NCBI GenBank assembly: GCA_020891255.1
Contig: BQFW01000001.1
Coordinates: forward strand, 1,302,001-1,366,000
Length of the DNA stretch: 64,000 bases
From: Entomortierella parvispora E1425
Lineage: Eukaryota > Fungi > Mortierellomycota
Reading direction: 5' to 3'
This document shows positions 1-11,800 of this stretch, piece by piece (positions within the stretch are counted from its first letter, which is position 1; each line of letters begins with the position of its first letter). The notes beneath the pieces are model-generated. The model did not search any database. It saw only the letters and a list, made by a program, of their open reading frames with translations, and was not told the DNA's origin. Position numbers and translations under genes: made by a program.

Positions 1-865
1 GATTCCAGGGTAAGCATATGTCTGAAGTCTTTCAACAATGAAGGGTGACGACCAGACTTGTTTTCATTGCAAATTCTGACCCAAGTTGTACGTTTTCATT
101 CCAGTCGCGACCACATTGCAGACCGTCCGCTACCCATTCATTGGCGTCATTGCACTTTCTCAGCCTACGTCTGGATCATCAGCTACAAAGATGGTGCTTA
201 TTGATCGGATTGAAGGACCCTCGACTGCAGAGCAAATTATTCAGAGACTGACGCAGCAGGTGACTCGCCAATCCGCCGCCCTGGAGAGACTCCGAGCCGA
301 ACGTCGGGAGAGAGACATGGCGCGCGAGATTCGTCAACAACAGGATGATGCTTACCAACAGTCCCTCCGAGCTGATCGTGAGAAGGCCCGCCAGCAAAAG
401 GAGGCTCGTGAAGCAGCCGAGCTCAAAAAGAAGGAGCAGGAGAGAATTGAGGCTGAAAAGGAGGCTGCTCTGACTCGTCGTGAACGTCATTTGAAGTTTC
501 TCTTTGAAAACTTGCCAGAGGAGCCTGCTGTGGGCGAATCAGGCTGTGCCCGCTTAAGCTTCAAGCTGTGGAATGGAGAGCGAGTGATCCGTCGGTTCCG
601 AGGCGATGAACCTGTAGAGCATGTGTACATCTTCATTGAGACCATCGAATTCCGTGAGAACGGTTCCAAGGCAGAGCTGCAGCTAGAGGCTGAGGAGCAT
701 GTTGGCTACAAGCACGAATATGATTTCGTTTTGATCTCACCTTTCCCACGAACCAAGGTCACAGACAGGGAGAAGCAGATCAAGGATGAGCATGCCTTGT
801 GGCCAAGTGCCAGTTTGGTCGTCGAGTTGGTGGATGAAAATGCCGATGAGGACATCCAGGAATAG
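1..865 (+). CDS. UBX-domain protein (FAF2/Ubx3-like; UAS + coiled coil + C-terminal UBX), 5'-truncated by window edge
   Basis: Intron 10-104 (GTAAGC...TTCCAG) joins FQ|VATTLQTVRYPFIGVIAL (UAS-like). Followed by 'REIRQQQDDAYQQSLRADREK' coiled coil and UBX-like 'LSFKLWNGERVIRRFRGDEPVEHVYIFI...LISPFPR...LWPSASLVVE'. Confidence 0.88.
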
Positions 866-1007
866 ATTGCAATACATCGCGACTGCTTGACTCGCACAAT
901 TGATCCAAATGATCCAAATCGTCCACTACATGTAGACCCTTCCTCTCTCCTTAATATGACTTTGCAAAAGAAATGCATGATGGGGTTTTATTAGAAATAC
1001 AATGTTG

Positions 1008-1929
1008 TTAAAAGTCCATGTCGACTTGGTGGTGGGAAGACAGATCTTCGTGCTCTCCGCTGTCTACTTTTGAGTTGTCGGATCTTGCGCGGATCAAATC
1101 CATCTACATATGAAGAAACAAACTTGTGTTAATGATCCTTGCCGTGGAAAATCAAGTCATGGACCAATGCAGGACGCAAGGATCCTGATTCCTTGATACT
1201 CAAACATTGATCCTCGAGTCTGTTGATCCTGCCTTCTCTGCAAAATCGTTACCTCAAACTTGTTCTTCATGCTGCCGACATTTTGGATCAGTTCCGTCAC
1301 AGCGTTACCGAGAACATGTGCTGGAGTGGTATCGGGTGTTGTCTGGACCTTGAGGATAAAGTAGTGGTCCAATGGATGTGGCATCTTGTATCCTGCAAAC
1401 AACACTTTTGGGTCTTCCAGTAGTTGCCTAGAGAAAGCAAGTGCAGAAAAAAAAGTAACGAAGCGTCAGGACAAGTTGTCCGCAGAAAGAATGGTAGTAT
1501 CCATGTCCATGACAGATGTCGTATAGCTCCACGAGCAGGACGGGGTGCTTTTGTTTCGACAAGAGAGTCCCCTTTCTCGAATTTCCACGGTTGCCCTGCA
1601 CACGCACAGACTGCGACAATGCACAATATATGTCTCCTTGTCCTCGGAGCCTCTGTTTTGTTCCTGATAGAGCATGACAAGGACTTACATGCGGAGCATG
1701 TTGGCTAATGTGTGGTCTTCCTTCTCAACTTTAAATGTGGCTGCGTTGGGGATCTTTGTGTCGGGTGTCACTGTCAACCTATACACCAAGGCAAATCACC
1801 ATGAAGGTTAGTTTTCTAGGTGAAGCAAGAGCAACTGTCGTCCATGGTAGTTTGGTTGAAGGCGGTAGTGCCATACTTCTTGACACCGTCAGGGAGCACA
1901 AAGAGTTCGAAGCGATCGGGGGCGTTCAT
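1008..1929 (-). CDS. RPB11: RNA polymerase II subunit RPB11, multi-exon
   Basis: Exon 1 MNAPDRFELFVLPDGVKK, exon 2 KIPNAATFKVEKEDHTLANMLR, then LFAGYKMPHPLDHYFILKVQTT. Canonical GT-AG junctions; TAA at 1008-1010. Confidence 0.96.
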
Positions 1930-2402
1930 GGCGAGAGACTATAAAGAGATGTAGTCTGTGTGATGTGGTCCAATGCCCTGATGTGAGTGATCGATGGCAC
2001 AAAAAAAAAGAAAGAGAGGAAGCGAATGAATGCGATGCAACAAACTGCTGAGCATTTGATTTGCAAGTTTTGCCCTAGAATGAATTCCGTGACGTGTACA
2101 TCTTTTTTTCAACGCTGACTTTTCCCTTCCACGCAATGGAAGGGGGACGCGTCTCGGTCGAGCAAAGTGGACGACGAGCAGTCCTGCGTGCGAGCCCTCT
2201 GTTCGCGTACGGCGGACATGACCTTTGCTCGACACGCAACCCCCTTCGCTCCATTCTTTCATTCACATCCTCTTCACCAAACAACCAACCTCGCCGTCTC
2301 CATCCTCTCTCAAAGGCGCGTTTTGGACACATCTCTGGATCAGGACCTCGCTCTACAACAAACAACACTCTCGCCCATTCGACCCATTACATCTCTGCAG
2401 CC

Positions 2403-3664
2403 ATGTCTCGCCGTTATGATGCCCGCACAACCATCTTCTCACCAGAAGGTAAAAAAGTCACCGCCTTGTAGTTGGACTGTTCAACCTCTGCGTCGATTTG
2501 TTTATGGCTCTGCGCTGTTATCCAGAGTGGAGCATGGCAGACTATTGAGCAAAGGACCAACCTATCACGCTATCACGCAACAGATATTAACCCTGGATCC
2601 GTATCCTTCTATCTAGGTCGTTTGTACCAAGTAGAATATGCCATGGAGGCCATCTCCCATGCCAGCACAGCACTTGGAATCTTGGCCAAGGATGGACTCG
2701 TCATTGCTGCCGAGAAGAAGGTTGCATCCAAGCTTTTGGACGAGACAACAGGAGGCGAGAAGATTTACATTATTAACGAGTAGGTCCAAGGACTCTTCAT
2801 TCAGGGCTGACTGACCTGCATTTCCGATCAGGAGCAGGATGCATGATTCTGTCGAAAAGATATCATAATGGGAGCTAATCATGAACTATCCCTTTCACTT
2901 GTAACAGTAACATGATTTGTGGAGTCGCCGGTATCACCTCGGACGCCAATATTCTCATCAACTATGTCCAGACCGCCGCTCAACAGTACCTTTACACCTA
3001 CAACGAAGATATGCCTTGCGAGCAACTTGTTCAGAAGCTGTGCGATTTGAAGCAGGGATACACGCAATACGGAGGTAAGAGGCCAATTGCTCTTGTGAAG
3101 GGACATTTGAGGGCTGATATTGTGGATGGGATACGGTTGGAGGTTTTTGTGATCGGTATGTTCTAATGACCCCAATGACCTACAACTCTTTCCATTTATA
3201 GGACTTCGTCCCTTCGGTGTGTCGTTCATTTATGGAGGTTGGGATGAGCATTATGGATTCCAGTTGTACCACTCTGATCCTTCCGGTAACTACTCTGGAT
3301 GGAAGGCCACCTGCATTGGTGCCAACACTGCAAGTGCCCAGGGTATTTTGAGACAGGAGTACAAGGAGGAGGGCGTGACCTTGCAGGAGGCCAAGAACAT
3401 GGCCATCAAGGTTCTCAGCAAGACCATGGATACCACAGCATTGGGATCTGACAAGAGTAGGTGGCTTTATCATGTTCATAACCTATTGCCGCGTATCAAA
3501 TCGATTTTAACCCTGTTTATATTTCCTATCATTGTTTTCTAGTCGAGTTTGCTACTCTGGAATTGGTCGATGGACGTGTTGTGCGCCGGATTCTCAACCA
3601 GGCGGAGATCGAAGCCTTGTTGAAGGAGAACAACTTGTTGACCAAGACTGAGGAGGCCAAGTAA
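2403..3664 (+). CDS. PRE9: 20S proteasome subunit alpha type-3/PSMA4, multi-exon
   Basis: [16 protein letters not shown]|[12 protein letters not shown] signature; [14 protein letters not shown]; [13 protein letters not shown]; [18 protein letters not shown]; ends ...TEEAK* at 3662-3664. Confidence 0.97.
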
Positions 3665-5119
3665 GAACAGCAATAGGAGTATGAATCAACAACATACACT
3701 TTATAAACAAAAAATGTGAAAATGGGACATACTCTTTGCACAGCAATAAAATATCGTCCGCAATGATTGAAAGTACCGTTCTTTGTGAAATTGTGCTCCA
3801 GGAGATGAATTGAATGGCGCCTTGCCACGTTTCCTGGCATGTGAATCCAGACCATCCTAGGTGCCTTGTTTCAGTCAGCTTTTATCCAGAGAGCGATCGA
3901 TCCCTTGAGGGAGTCCAGATGTGGCGAGATGAGGAGTACAGCAGAAAGAGCCCCTGGATGATAAGGGACATTGGGAGATAGAAGAGGAAGGAGGGGATTG
4001 GTTTCTCTTTTAAAAAAAGCTGAAGATGTTTGATGGCCGAATAGAGCTTTGGCGCGCTATCGCTTGACGGACGGCACTGAATGATGCTTTTATTGGTGTG
4101 AGCAGCAGCATACCACCAGAGACTTTTCCTATTAAGAAATGGTACAGGAACAAAACCATTTTTCATTGGTGTAAAGAAAGAGGTGTTTGCTTGCCCGATC
4201 CCAGATCTGAGAAGGAAACGAAGGTGGAGTAGCAGTAGCGGACTCTCTCTTTTTCTCTTTCTTGGCAGCCATTGAACATTTCAACTGCTCCTCTGCTGCT
4301 ATGTATCTGTCTCGTTGGGCAAAGACGCTATGGTGTGGTTTCGCTGTTAAATTGTACGAGACATCAGTGGGTTTGAGTTGACGTTTTTCAGGTAAGGAAC
4401 GGGAGAGGACGTTGCTTCCCCTCTCCTCTCTTTGTTTGTCTTCTTTTTTGCACATCAAAACAAAGAGCAAATGAATTGGGTTTTCCTTTTCCTCTCTCTC
4501 TTCCGCAACATTCTGGGATCCCTCCAGTAAAGATATGACAGGAGGGCAAGCAGAGAAAGGGAAAAAAAAATTACAGAAGAGAGCGAAGAGCTTTCTCGTT
4601 GGTGGTGTATGTCTTGGGCAGTGTCAGCGATTCAATTGGGGAAATCGCCGTCGAATCTGACTCCCGATCGAAAATCTCGGAGTTGACATTTTCTGGGCCT
4701 GTCATATTGTCTGGGAAGCGAGTTGGGATGATCAAAGATGGACATCTGTCGCTCACAGGGACCTTGCAGATCTGCAGGGTTAGAAAAAAAATAAAAAAAC
4801 TCGTTGGGCAAAACTTCATTTTGCGGATCTCTTTTGGTAAAATAGTAAAAGACCATAAAAAAAGAACAAGAAGAAAAAAAATCTGATCAGGGTCCCTGGC
4901 TCCTGACTTCAATTAACAACTGAACATGAACACAAACTTTTTTAATTGAGAAAGGTCAGAGAGAACACAAGGGACGGTGCAACAAGAGGGAGGCTATTGA
5001 AAAGGAAAGGAAAAGACATGGTGAAAAGGGGAAAGGACCAACTTGCGAGAGGGCGACGATGCCAGTTGTCCGCCTGTTGCAGTTAATGACCTAGTTTCCT
5101 TCGTCTCTTTCTCTCTCCT

Positions 5120-5190
5120 TTTCTCTGTCTCTCTCTCTCTCTGTCTCTCTCTCTCTGTCTCTCTCTTTCTCTGTCTCTCTCCTCTCTTTG
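5120..5190. repeat. Imperfect (CT)n/(CTGT) microsatellite
   Basis: Visible ctctctctctctgtctctctctctctgtctctct run. Confidence 0.85.
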
Positions 5191-5650
5191 TTTTTTTTTT
5201 AGCCCATCCTTTCTCCCCCGCCGCTGGAGGGACAACAAGTCCTTTGTGTCCGTTCCTGCGCACCCTCCAAAGTCCCACATCGACGTCATTGTCACTCATT
5301 TCCTGAAGGATTCAAAGGACACAAAGAGTAGGAGGGAGGTATAGAGCAAGTCACAATAACGGCGGACCCACCGTGTGACATCATGCCACGTCCGTTTCTT
5401 CTGCCGCTTTGGTTGCTTATTGCCTTTGCCAATGGAGTATGCCCGAGTTGCGCATGTTCTGGTTACTACAGGAGGTCGAAGGGAGAAGAAGGGAAAATAA
5501 ACATCAAAAAAAAAAAAAAAAAAAAACTTGGTTGAATGAACATTGTTTATTGAATAGAATTCAGTTTCAATTGAATTGAATCTGGCCGATTTTGCGTTCT
5601 TGCCCTTCTTCCCTCCCCCCTCCCCGCCCCTCACCATTCTCCCCCTTCTT

Positions 5651-5728
5651 CCACTTTCTTCTTCCACTTTCTTCTTCCACTTTCTTCTTCCACTTTCTTC
5701 TTCCACTTTCTTCTTCCACTTTCTTCTT
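5651..5728. repeat. 13-bp minisatellite (CCACTTTCTTCTT) x6
   Basis: Six consecutive perfect copies read directly. Confidence 0.92.
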
Positions 5729-6173
5729 CCACCCCCTATCCTTTCTCACCCCAGGCTGTCCACCCCATCCTGCGCACCGACACTGCCTCACACGAGCCAA
5801 AGCAGCCCTTACTTAACTGTGTGCTCTGCTTTGGCTCTCTTCCTAAATAGCGGGCACCGTTCAATTATTTTATTTGCACACAACACCGCCCAGTTGTTCA
5901 ATTTCCCCCATCCTCCCACAACCCGCAAACATCACACATCACGCATTTCATTCAACATAACGCCACACAGCGCACACGCAGATTTCGCTCCCAAAAATTT
6001 ATTTTTTTTTAGTGAGAGAACTTCCCCTTTTGAACTCACAATCCAACTTCTGAGGTATGAACCAAAACCACTTTTTCCGCTCTTTTTCTTGGACAAGAAC
6101 AAAAATCTTTATTTTTGCTGAGGATCTGATCAGAAACACGGCACACAGACTATCTCTTCTGCAAGGGCAAAGA

Positions 6174-6193
6174 GGGGGGGGGGGGGGGGGGGG
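6174..6193 (+). repeat. G20 homopolymer
   Basis: About 20 consecutive G. Confidence 0.9.
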
Positions 6194-8699
6194 AGGAAAG
6201 AGGAGAGGGACGGAAGGGAAAAAAAATAAGAGAGACAGAGCGTCGTCGTCGTTAAATACAAAAACAGATATGGGACGACGTTGGCCAATGGCGAACAGAA
6301 CAGACGATCTGCCCTAACGGTGCTTCCTTGACACAGCCACCATTCCCTTTTCCACACAAAGACAGCAATGTTGAGTTCAAGGATAGGTCTAGTAAAAACA
6401 CGAAAGGAACAAAAATAATATACGATCCATTGGACCCCTGATCTGCCTCTCACCCTAATTGAGTTTATTCTTGGGGAAGGGTCTTTGCACAAGGAGCTTT
6501 TTTTTTGTCCTGGGTGTTTTTTTTTTCATGTGTCCAAAGACATAGGAATCGCCGATCTTCTCTTTGATCGACATGTCAAGGACATTGTGAATCTGGAGCG
6601 TGGGTCTTTTTCCTCCCCCACTCTCGACTTAAAAATAAACGGACAAGAAGTGAATGTTTGAATTGACGCTTGTTGCCATTGCTTGTGTTCCTGCTGCAGA
6701 TAGGATTGGACGCTCGAATTAGTTGTATAAAAAGGAAGCGAGAAAAGAAATAACTGATAAAAAAGGAAAGGAAGAATCACGGTAGCGATTTGGAAAAGGT
6801 TACCATGGGGGTGCACAATAGCAACAACAACAGCAACAACAGCAACAACAGATGAGCAAGGGGCCACGAAAAAAGAAAAAAAAAGCTTTCTGCAAACTCT
6901 CTGCAAACTCTCCAACACGATATCATGGTAACAATGGGATGATGATTGTGCGATTGTGCGTGAGTGCGGTGCATTCAATTAAAAATAAGAAGGGGGGGGA
7001 GGGATGAGCAAAGACAGAGGGATCCGATTCTCGAAAGAGTCAGTGAGATGAAAGAGTGAGGGAAAACAGAAGGGAAGACGCGGTCAATTAGGAATTGACG
7101 ATGACGGCGAGACAACCAAGAGAAAAGGAAGAAAGAGCCTTGGCAGACAGACAGCAGTGACGGCCATGACGAGCGAGCTCTTCTCGTTCGCCCTCTGGGT
7201 CCTCGGTCCAGGTCGTTCTACCTGAACAGCAGGTCCCACATCCACGCCTGCGCGATGATCGAAGCGAGGGTGCACAACGGAAAAGAACAGACGACCGATG
7301 CCCTTGGTGAAGATTGAGAACCTTATCGGGTGACAGGCGACAGAGCGTGGAGGTGCGAAAAAAAGTTTTTTGTCTTCTTTTTTTGCCCTCTTTCTTTCTT
7401 CTTCTCGTTCTTGTCCTTATCCTCTCCTTGCTCTTCTTCTTTGTCCAACCACGCCCAGCACTCAACTCCATATCCTTCGCTCTCCGCAAGCACTTGCTTC
7501 TTTCCCTCTTCCTGTTCACATCCACAACCAACTCCTTAGCCCTGCCCTCTCCTTCTCGTCCTCCTCATGGTGAATGAGGGGAGATAGCCAGATCACTGGA
7601 CCACTTCCCCTCTGTGCTTGGTTGGATTCATCACTGACTCACTCGCTCATCCACTCGCTCTATCACCTTCTCTTCTCCGTCCACAATCGTTCCACCAACG
7701 CACTTGCGCCTTCCTTCGACACCAGCAGGGCAGAGACTAGGAGCCCTTGACCTCTTCATCTCTGAGAGTAGCAGCGCCTTCTAGTCAAAATCGGTAAGGG
7801 TACCGCCATTTGAGGGCTCCACAGCAACCATCCCGACTGTCGCGCCCCGCCCAGCCCATTGTTTTCGTTTTTTTTCCTTTAGTTTTTTGTCGTCTTTGCT
7901 CACTACTTCCCAGCAATACTCGTCAATCCATCAAACAGAGTTACGGCTGCTCTTTTGTTCCAATTCAGTCGCTGATTCAATTGTTGCGATCCCCATTATT
8001 GAATACCCTCATATCTAGCCTTTACCCCTTTTTCTCTTTCTCTCGGTCAATGCACATCATTTTCTCTGTGTTCATCGACAAAGAAAGCAAACAAAGTCGC
8101 CACGTCCACGACATCATTCGCAATCATCTGACTTTCTTTTTCCTGCTTTCTTGTTTGTCATTGTTGACACTCAATGCAGAGTGGGCCTGGGAGGGCGACA
8201 GACAATGTATTTCACTTCACGAGTACCGCGCCGACAATCCTCCAGGTCTCTTTCTGCCCTCTTTTTTTTTTTTTTTTTTTTTTTTTGCGAGTCAAATGTT
8301 CGTCTTTTTGTACTATTCATTTTGGACCATCGCATCGCCCCTGGAGGGTTTTTCGCTCCTCCCGAGCTAACCGTTGGAGGTCCCTGTTACGTAAACTTTA
8401 CAGTCGTCATCGCACACTCATTCACCGCCTTTTTCTAAGCAAGTTGGCCTTTCAGCTTCCCTCCCTCCCCTTTGTCCTCTTCGGATCGTCAGCATCAGTT
8501 GATACCACCAATCATCATTCCTCTTGCACTCAAATCGTGGTACACTACTACCGACGTTTTGTTCCAATTCCTCACAGTGCAGATTTTATTTTTTCTTCTT
8601 CGTTTTATTCGTTCTTCTCATACTTTCGCGCGCTTTCACTTTTTTTTTTATTGTCATATTTCATTTCGTTTTCCTTTCTTGAACCTCATTCACGCCGAG

Positions 8700-8733
<34 letters not shown>

Positions 8734-8883
8734 ACACTGACTGGCAAACCACTGAACCTCTATCTTCCTTTTCCAATGGACCAGTGTCTTTTCTCCACCA
8801 CTCGATCGCGACCCTCCACACTACTCTTGCACCTTCGACTGGACCACAGATATCTCCAAACCTATTCAATTGAGTGAGTGTCA

Positions 8884-11800
8884 ATGTCGCCTGCATCCAG
8901 AAGGTCCGACTCCAAGGCTGGACCGGCATCGTCCTCGACTCAAAACTCTTCTTCACAATCACTGCAACAACAACTACTGCAACAATACCCACCTCCACAA
9001 CACCACCACCATCACCAACAGCAACAACAGCAGGAACAACAGCAACAACAGCAACAGAGTTCGCAGCTTCAACAGCCCGCATCTCCACCGCCGACAAACA
9101 TCATGCCTCATAACAGTCCTTCTCACCCTGGGTAAGTGGTTCATTCCCCCACGAATCGATCACCACGGACACCCACCTGGCCCCCCCCCCCCCCCCTCGA
9201 CACGACGGTGCGTCCGCGAATACCATCCATTTGTCCTCTCTATCCACAAGAGGCTTCTCTCTTGCAGTCAAACGCCTTGACGACCTAGTTAGTTTACACA
9301 ACCACCAACAGCCACTTGAGATCGTAGCCCCCATTCGTAGCGTTGATATCCCCATTTCTGCCTCCGCCTTCTCTCGAAATCTCGTAGACCCATCTCTCTG
9401 CATGCAAAGCAAACTAACCATTCCTTGGTCCATCCTACAGGAATGATGGGAGACGAGTTAGCTTATCCAACCCGCGGACTGAACTTGTCGGCACAGGCGA
9501 GCAGACACATACACAGGCTCAGGCACAGGCCAACATGAACCCGCACTGGCCAGGGTATATGCAACCACCAGCAGGGGGAGTCCTGCCCCTTAACTACAAC
9601 GCGCCACCAACCCTTGTCCCATCAGAACCCATCCCCGCGCCTGCTCCTGCGCCTGCGCCCGCACCTACGGGCATGGCCACCGCAGCCAGCGAGCACACCT
9701 GTGCTCTGGCCCAGCAGGCAAGAGCACCTTCACATGCACCCTCACATCAGCCCAAGGCATTGAACCAGAACCAGGTCCACGCTCAGTCACATCCCTGGCG
9801 CATCAAGGTCTACAATGCGTGTCTCGCCTGTCGCAAAAAGAAAATCAAGTGCGACGGTCAACCAACATGCAGCCGTTGTGCACGACTGGGCTTTGAGTGC
9901 TCCTACATCGAGGTACCAGGAGCTCCGCAACAGAAAACTTTCTCCAAGACAACAAAGGCCAAGAGCGCTGCAGCAGATGCAACTGCTACCTCAGCTGCTA
10001 CCACCGTCTCAAAGACGCAAGGAGGCCAAACGCAAGCACCTCAACCTCAGAATCATCATCAACAACAACATCGCCATTCTGTGCCAAGCAACACTGTCGA
10101 AGTTGCAAAGGAGATCCGCCAACAACGCCGATCCTCCACAAAAGATGCCGCCAGTGGGTCATTCCCTCATACGTCCAACCGCCGGAGCAAAGAGCCTCCA
10201 CCTCTCCACACTCCTGATTCGGCCATGGATCGAGTTCAAGCCATGCAGGCCACTCTTTCTTCCTCACGACTACCTAAAAAGGATGTACGTGATAATTCAG
10301 AACCAATAGGTCAGCTACATGGGCTTCGGCCCACGGCGGCGTTTATGATGGAGCGGGACACGACCATGCCCGATCTCTATCATATTCTCGTCAACTCTGT
10401 TACTATACCCAGTGTGTCCAAACAGACCCAGTCCGTCACCTTCTCTTCATCTGCCACCGGCACGGGAGGAGGAAACGGGCCCTTATTAGGCGTCGATCAA
10501 CTCCATCTCGCCTTTACCACGCCCATCCCAGCGTTTACGGTCTTCAACTCTGAGCAAACGGATCCGGATCAACATCATTCGACTTTTCAAAAGGATCCTT
10601 CCACAGGTTCCTTCCAGCATCAGTCCACGCCTCTGGGCTTCGTCATCACCAACAAGAGCGTCATCCAGTATCTTGTTCATGTCTTCTTTGAGTGTTTTCA
10701 CACTCAATGGATGATTGTCGACAAGAACCGATTCCTGACTCAGCTCAAGGACCCCAATTCACCTCCGGATGCACTTCTTTTGGTTGCGATTTGTGCAGCA
10801 GGCGCAAAGTATTCGGATCATGAAGGACTTTGTGCAGAGCCTGGGAACATGGCGACCATCGGAGAACAGTTCTTGACGCATGCCAGGATCTTGCTTCAGG
10901 ACCGATTCGATGTGCCCTCCATGTCTACACTCCAGGCATTGTTGATCTTGTACTGGTGTCAAGTCCAGACTGGACGAGCCAGCTTGAGATTCATGTACGT
11001 GGGCATGGCGATCCGTATGGCTCAGGAGATGGGCCTCAACAGGCCCTTGGATCCCAAGAAACTCAAAGAGATGGATGAGCGAGAGATTCAGATCCGGAAA
11101 ACAATTTGGTGGTCTTGTTATCAGGCCGACCGATGGACCTCGGCTGCTCTGGGCAAGCCCATGGTAAGATATAATGTATCTCTGACCGGTGCATTTCTTG
11201 GTATCTTTCTCTTCGTTTTCAACGTCTAACCTGTTTATCCCACGGATGATAGGTTATCAGTGACGTCGATTGTTTGGTGAATTACCCCTCTGTAGTCAAT
11301 GACGAAGACGGGGCAGCGGTGCAATCCTTCTGCCATATGACTGACTTGGCAAAAATTCTTGGCAAGATCATCCTCCACCTCTACACGTCCACCAATGCCG
11401 CCACCTGTTCCTCAGCCGTGTTCTCTCATTTGGATCAGTCACTCTCCGCCTGGATCCAGTCCTTGCAGACGTCATATAACCCGGAAACCAACGTCTTTCC
11501 TCCGTCTCAATCCATGGACAGCGCTTCTGCGACGTCCAAGAGCGCTTCGACGCCCCGCCAAAGGGAGGTCACATCATCCACGACAGGCATGAGCCCGGAC
11601 CCTTCCTTTAAAGAGTTGTTCCACAAGAGAGATTATAAGACGGTCGGATTTTACGCGCTTCTTTTCCACACAGTTCGGATCATGTTGTACCGACCCTTTT
11701 TGCACAATAGCGCTTTGGCGCCAGTGCTCCCCTTGACGCTTCAGTCCCCTCAGAGTCGTTGCAGGGAATCGGCTGCCGCCATCTCTGAGATTGCAGAGAC

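Noticed and set aside
2060-2080. Rpn4/PACE element upstream of PRE9
   Set aside because: TTTGCCCT is only a partial match to TTTGCCACC; not supportable.
5651-5728. Regular repeats as a CRISPR-like array
   Set aside because: Contiguous 13-bp units with no spacers in a eukaryotic context; an ordinary minisatellite.
5296-8740. Many K/R/E-rich or F/S/L-rich ORFs in the intergenic region
   Set aside because: These are translations of CT/GA microsatellites and homopolymer runs with no domain content.
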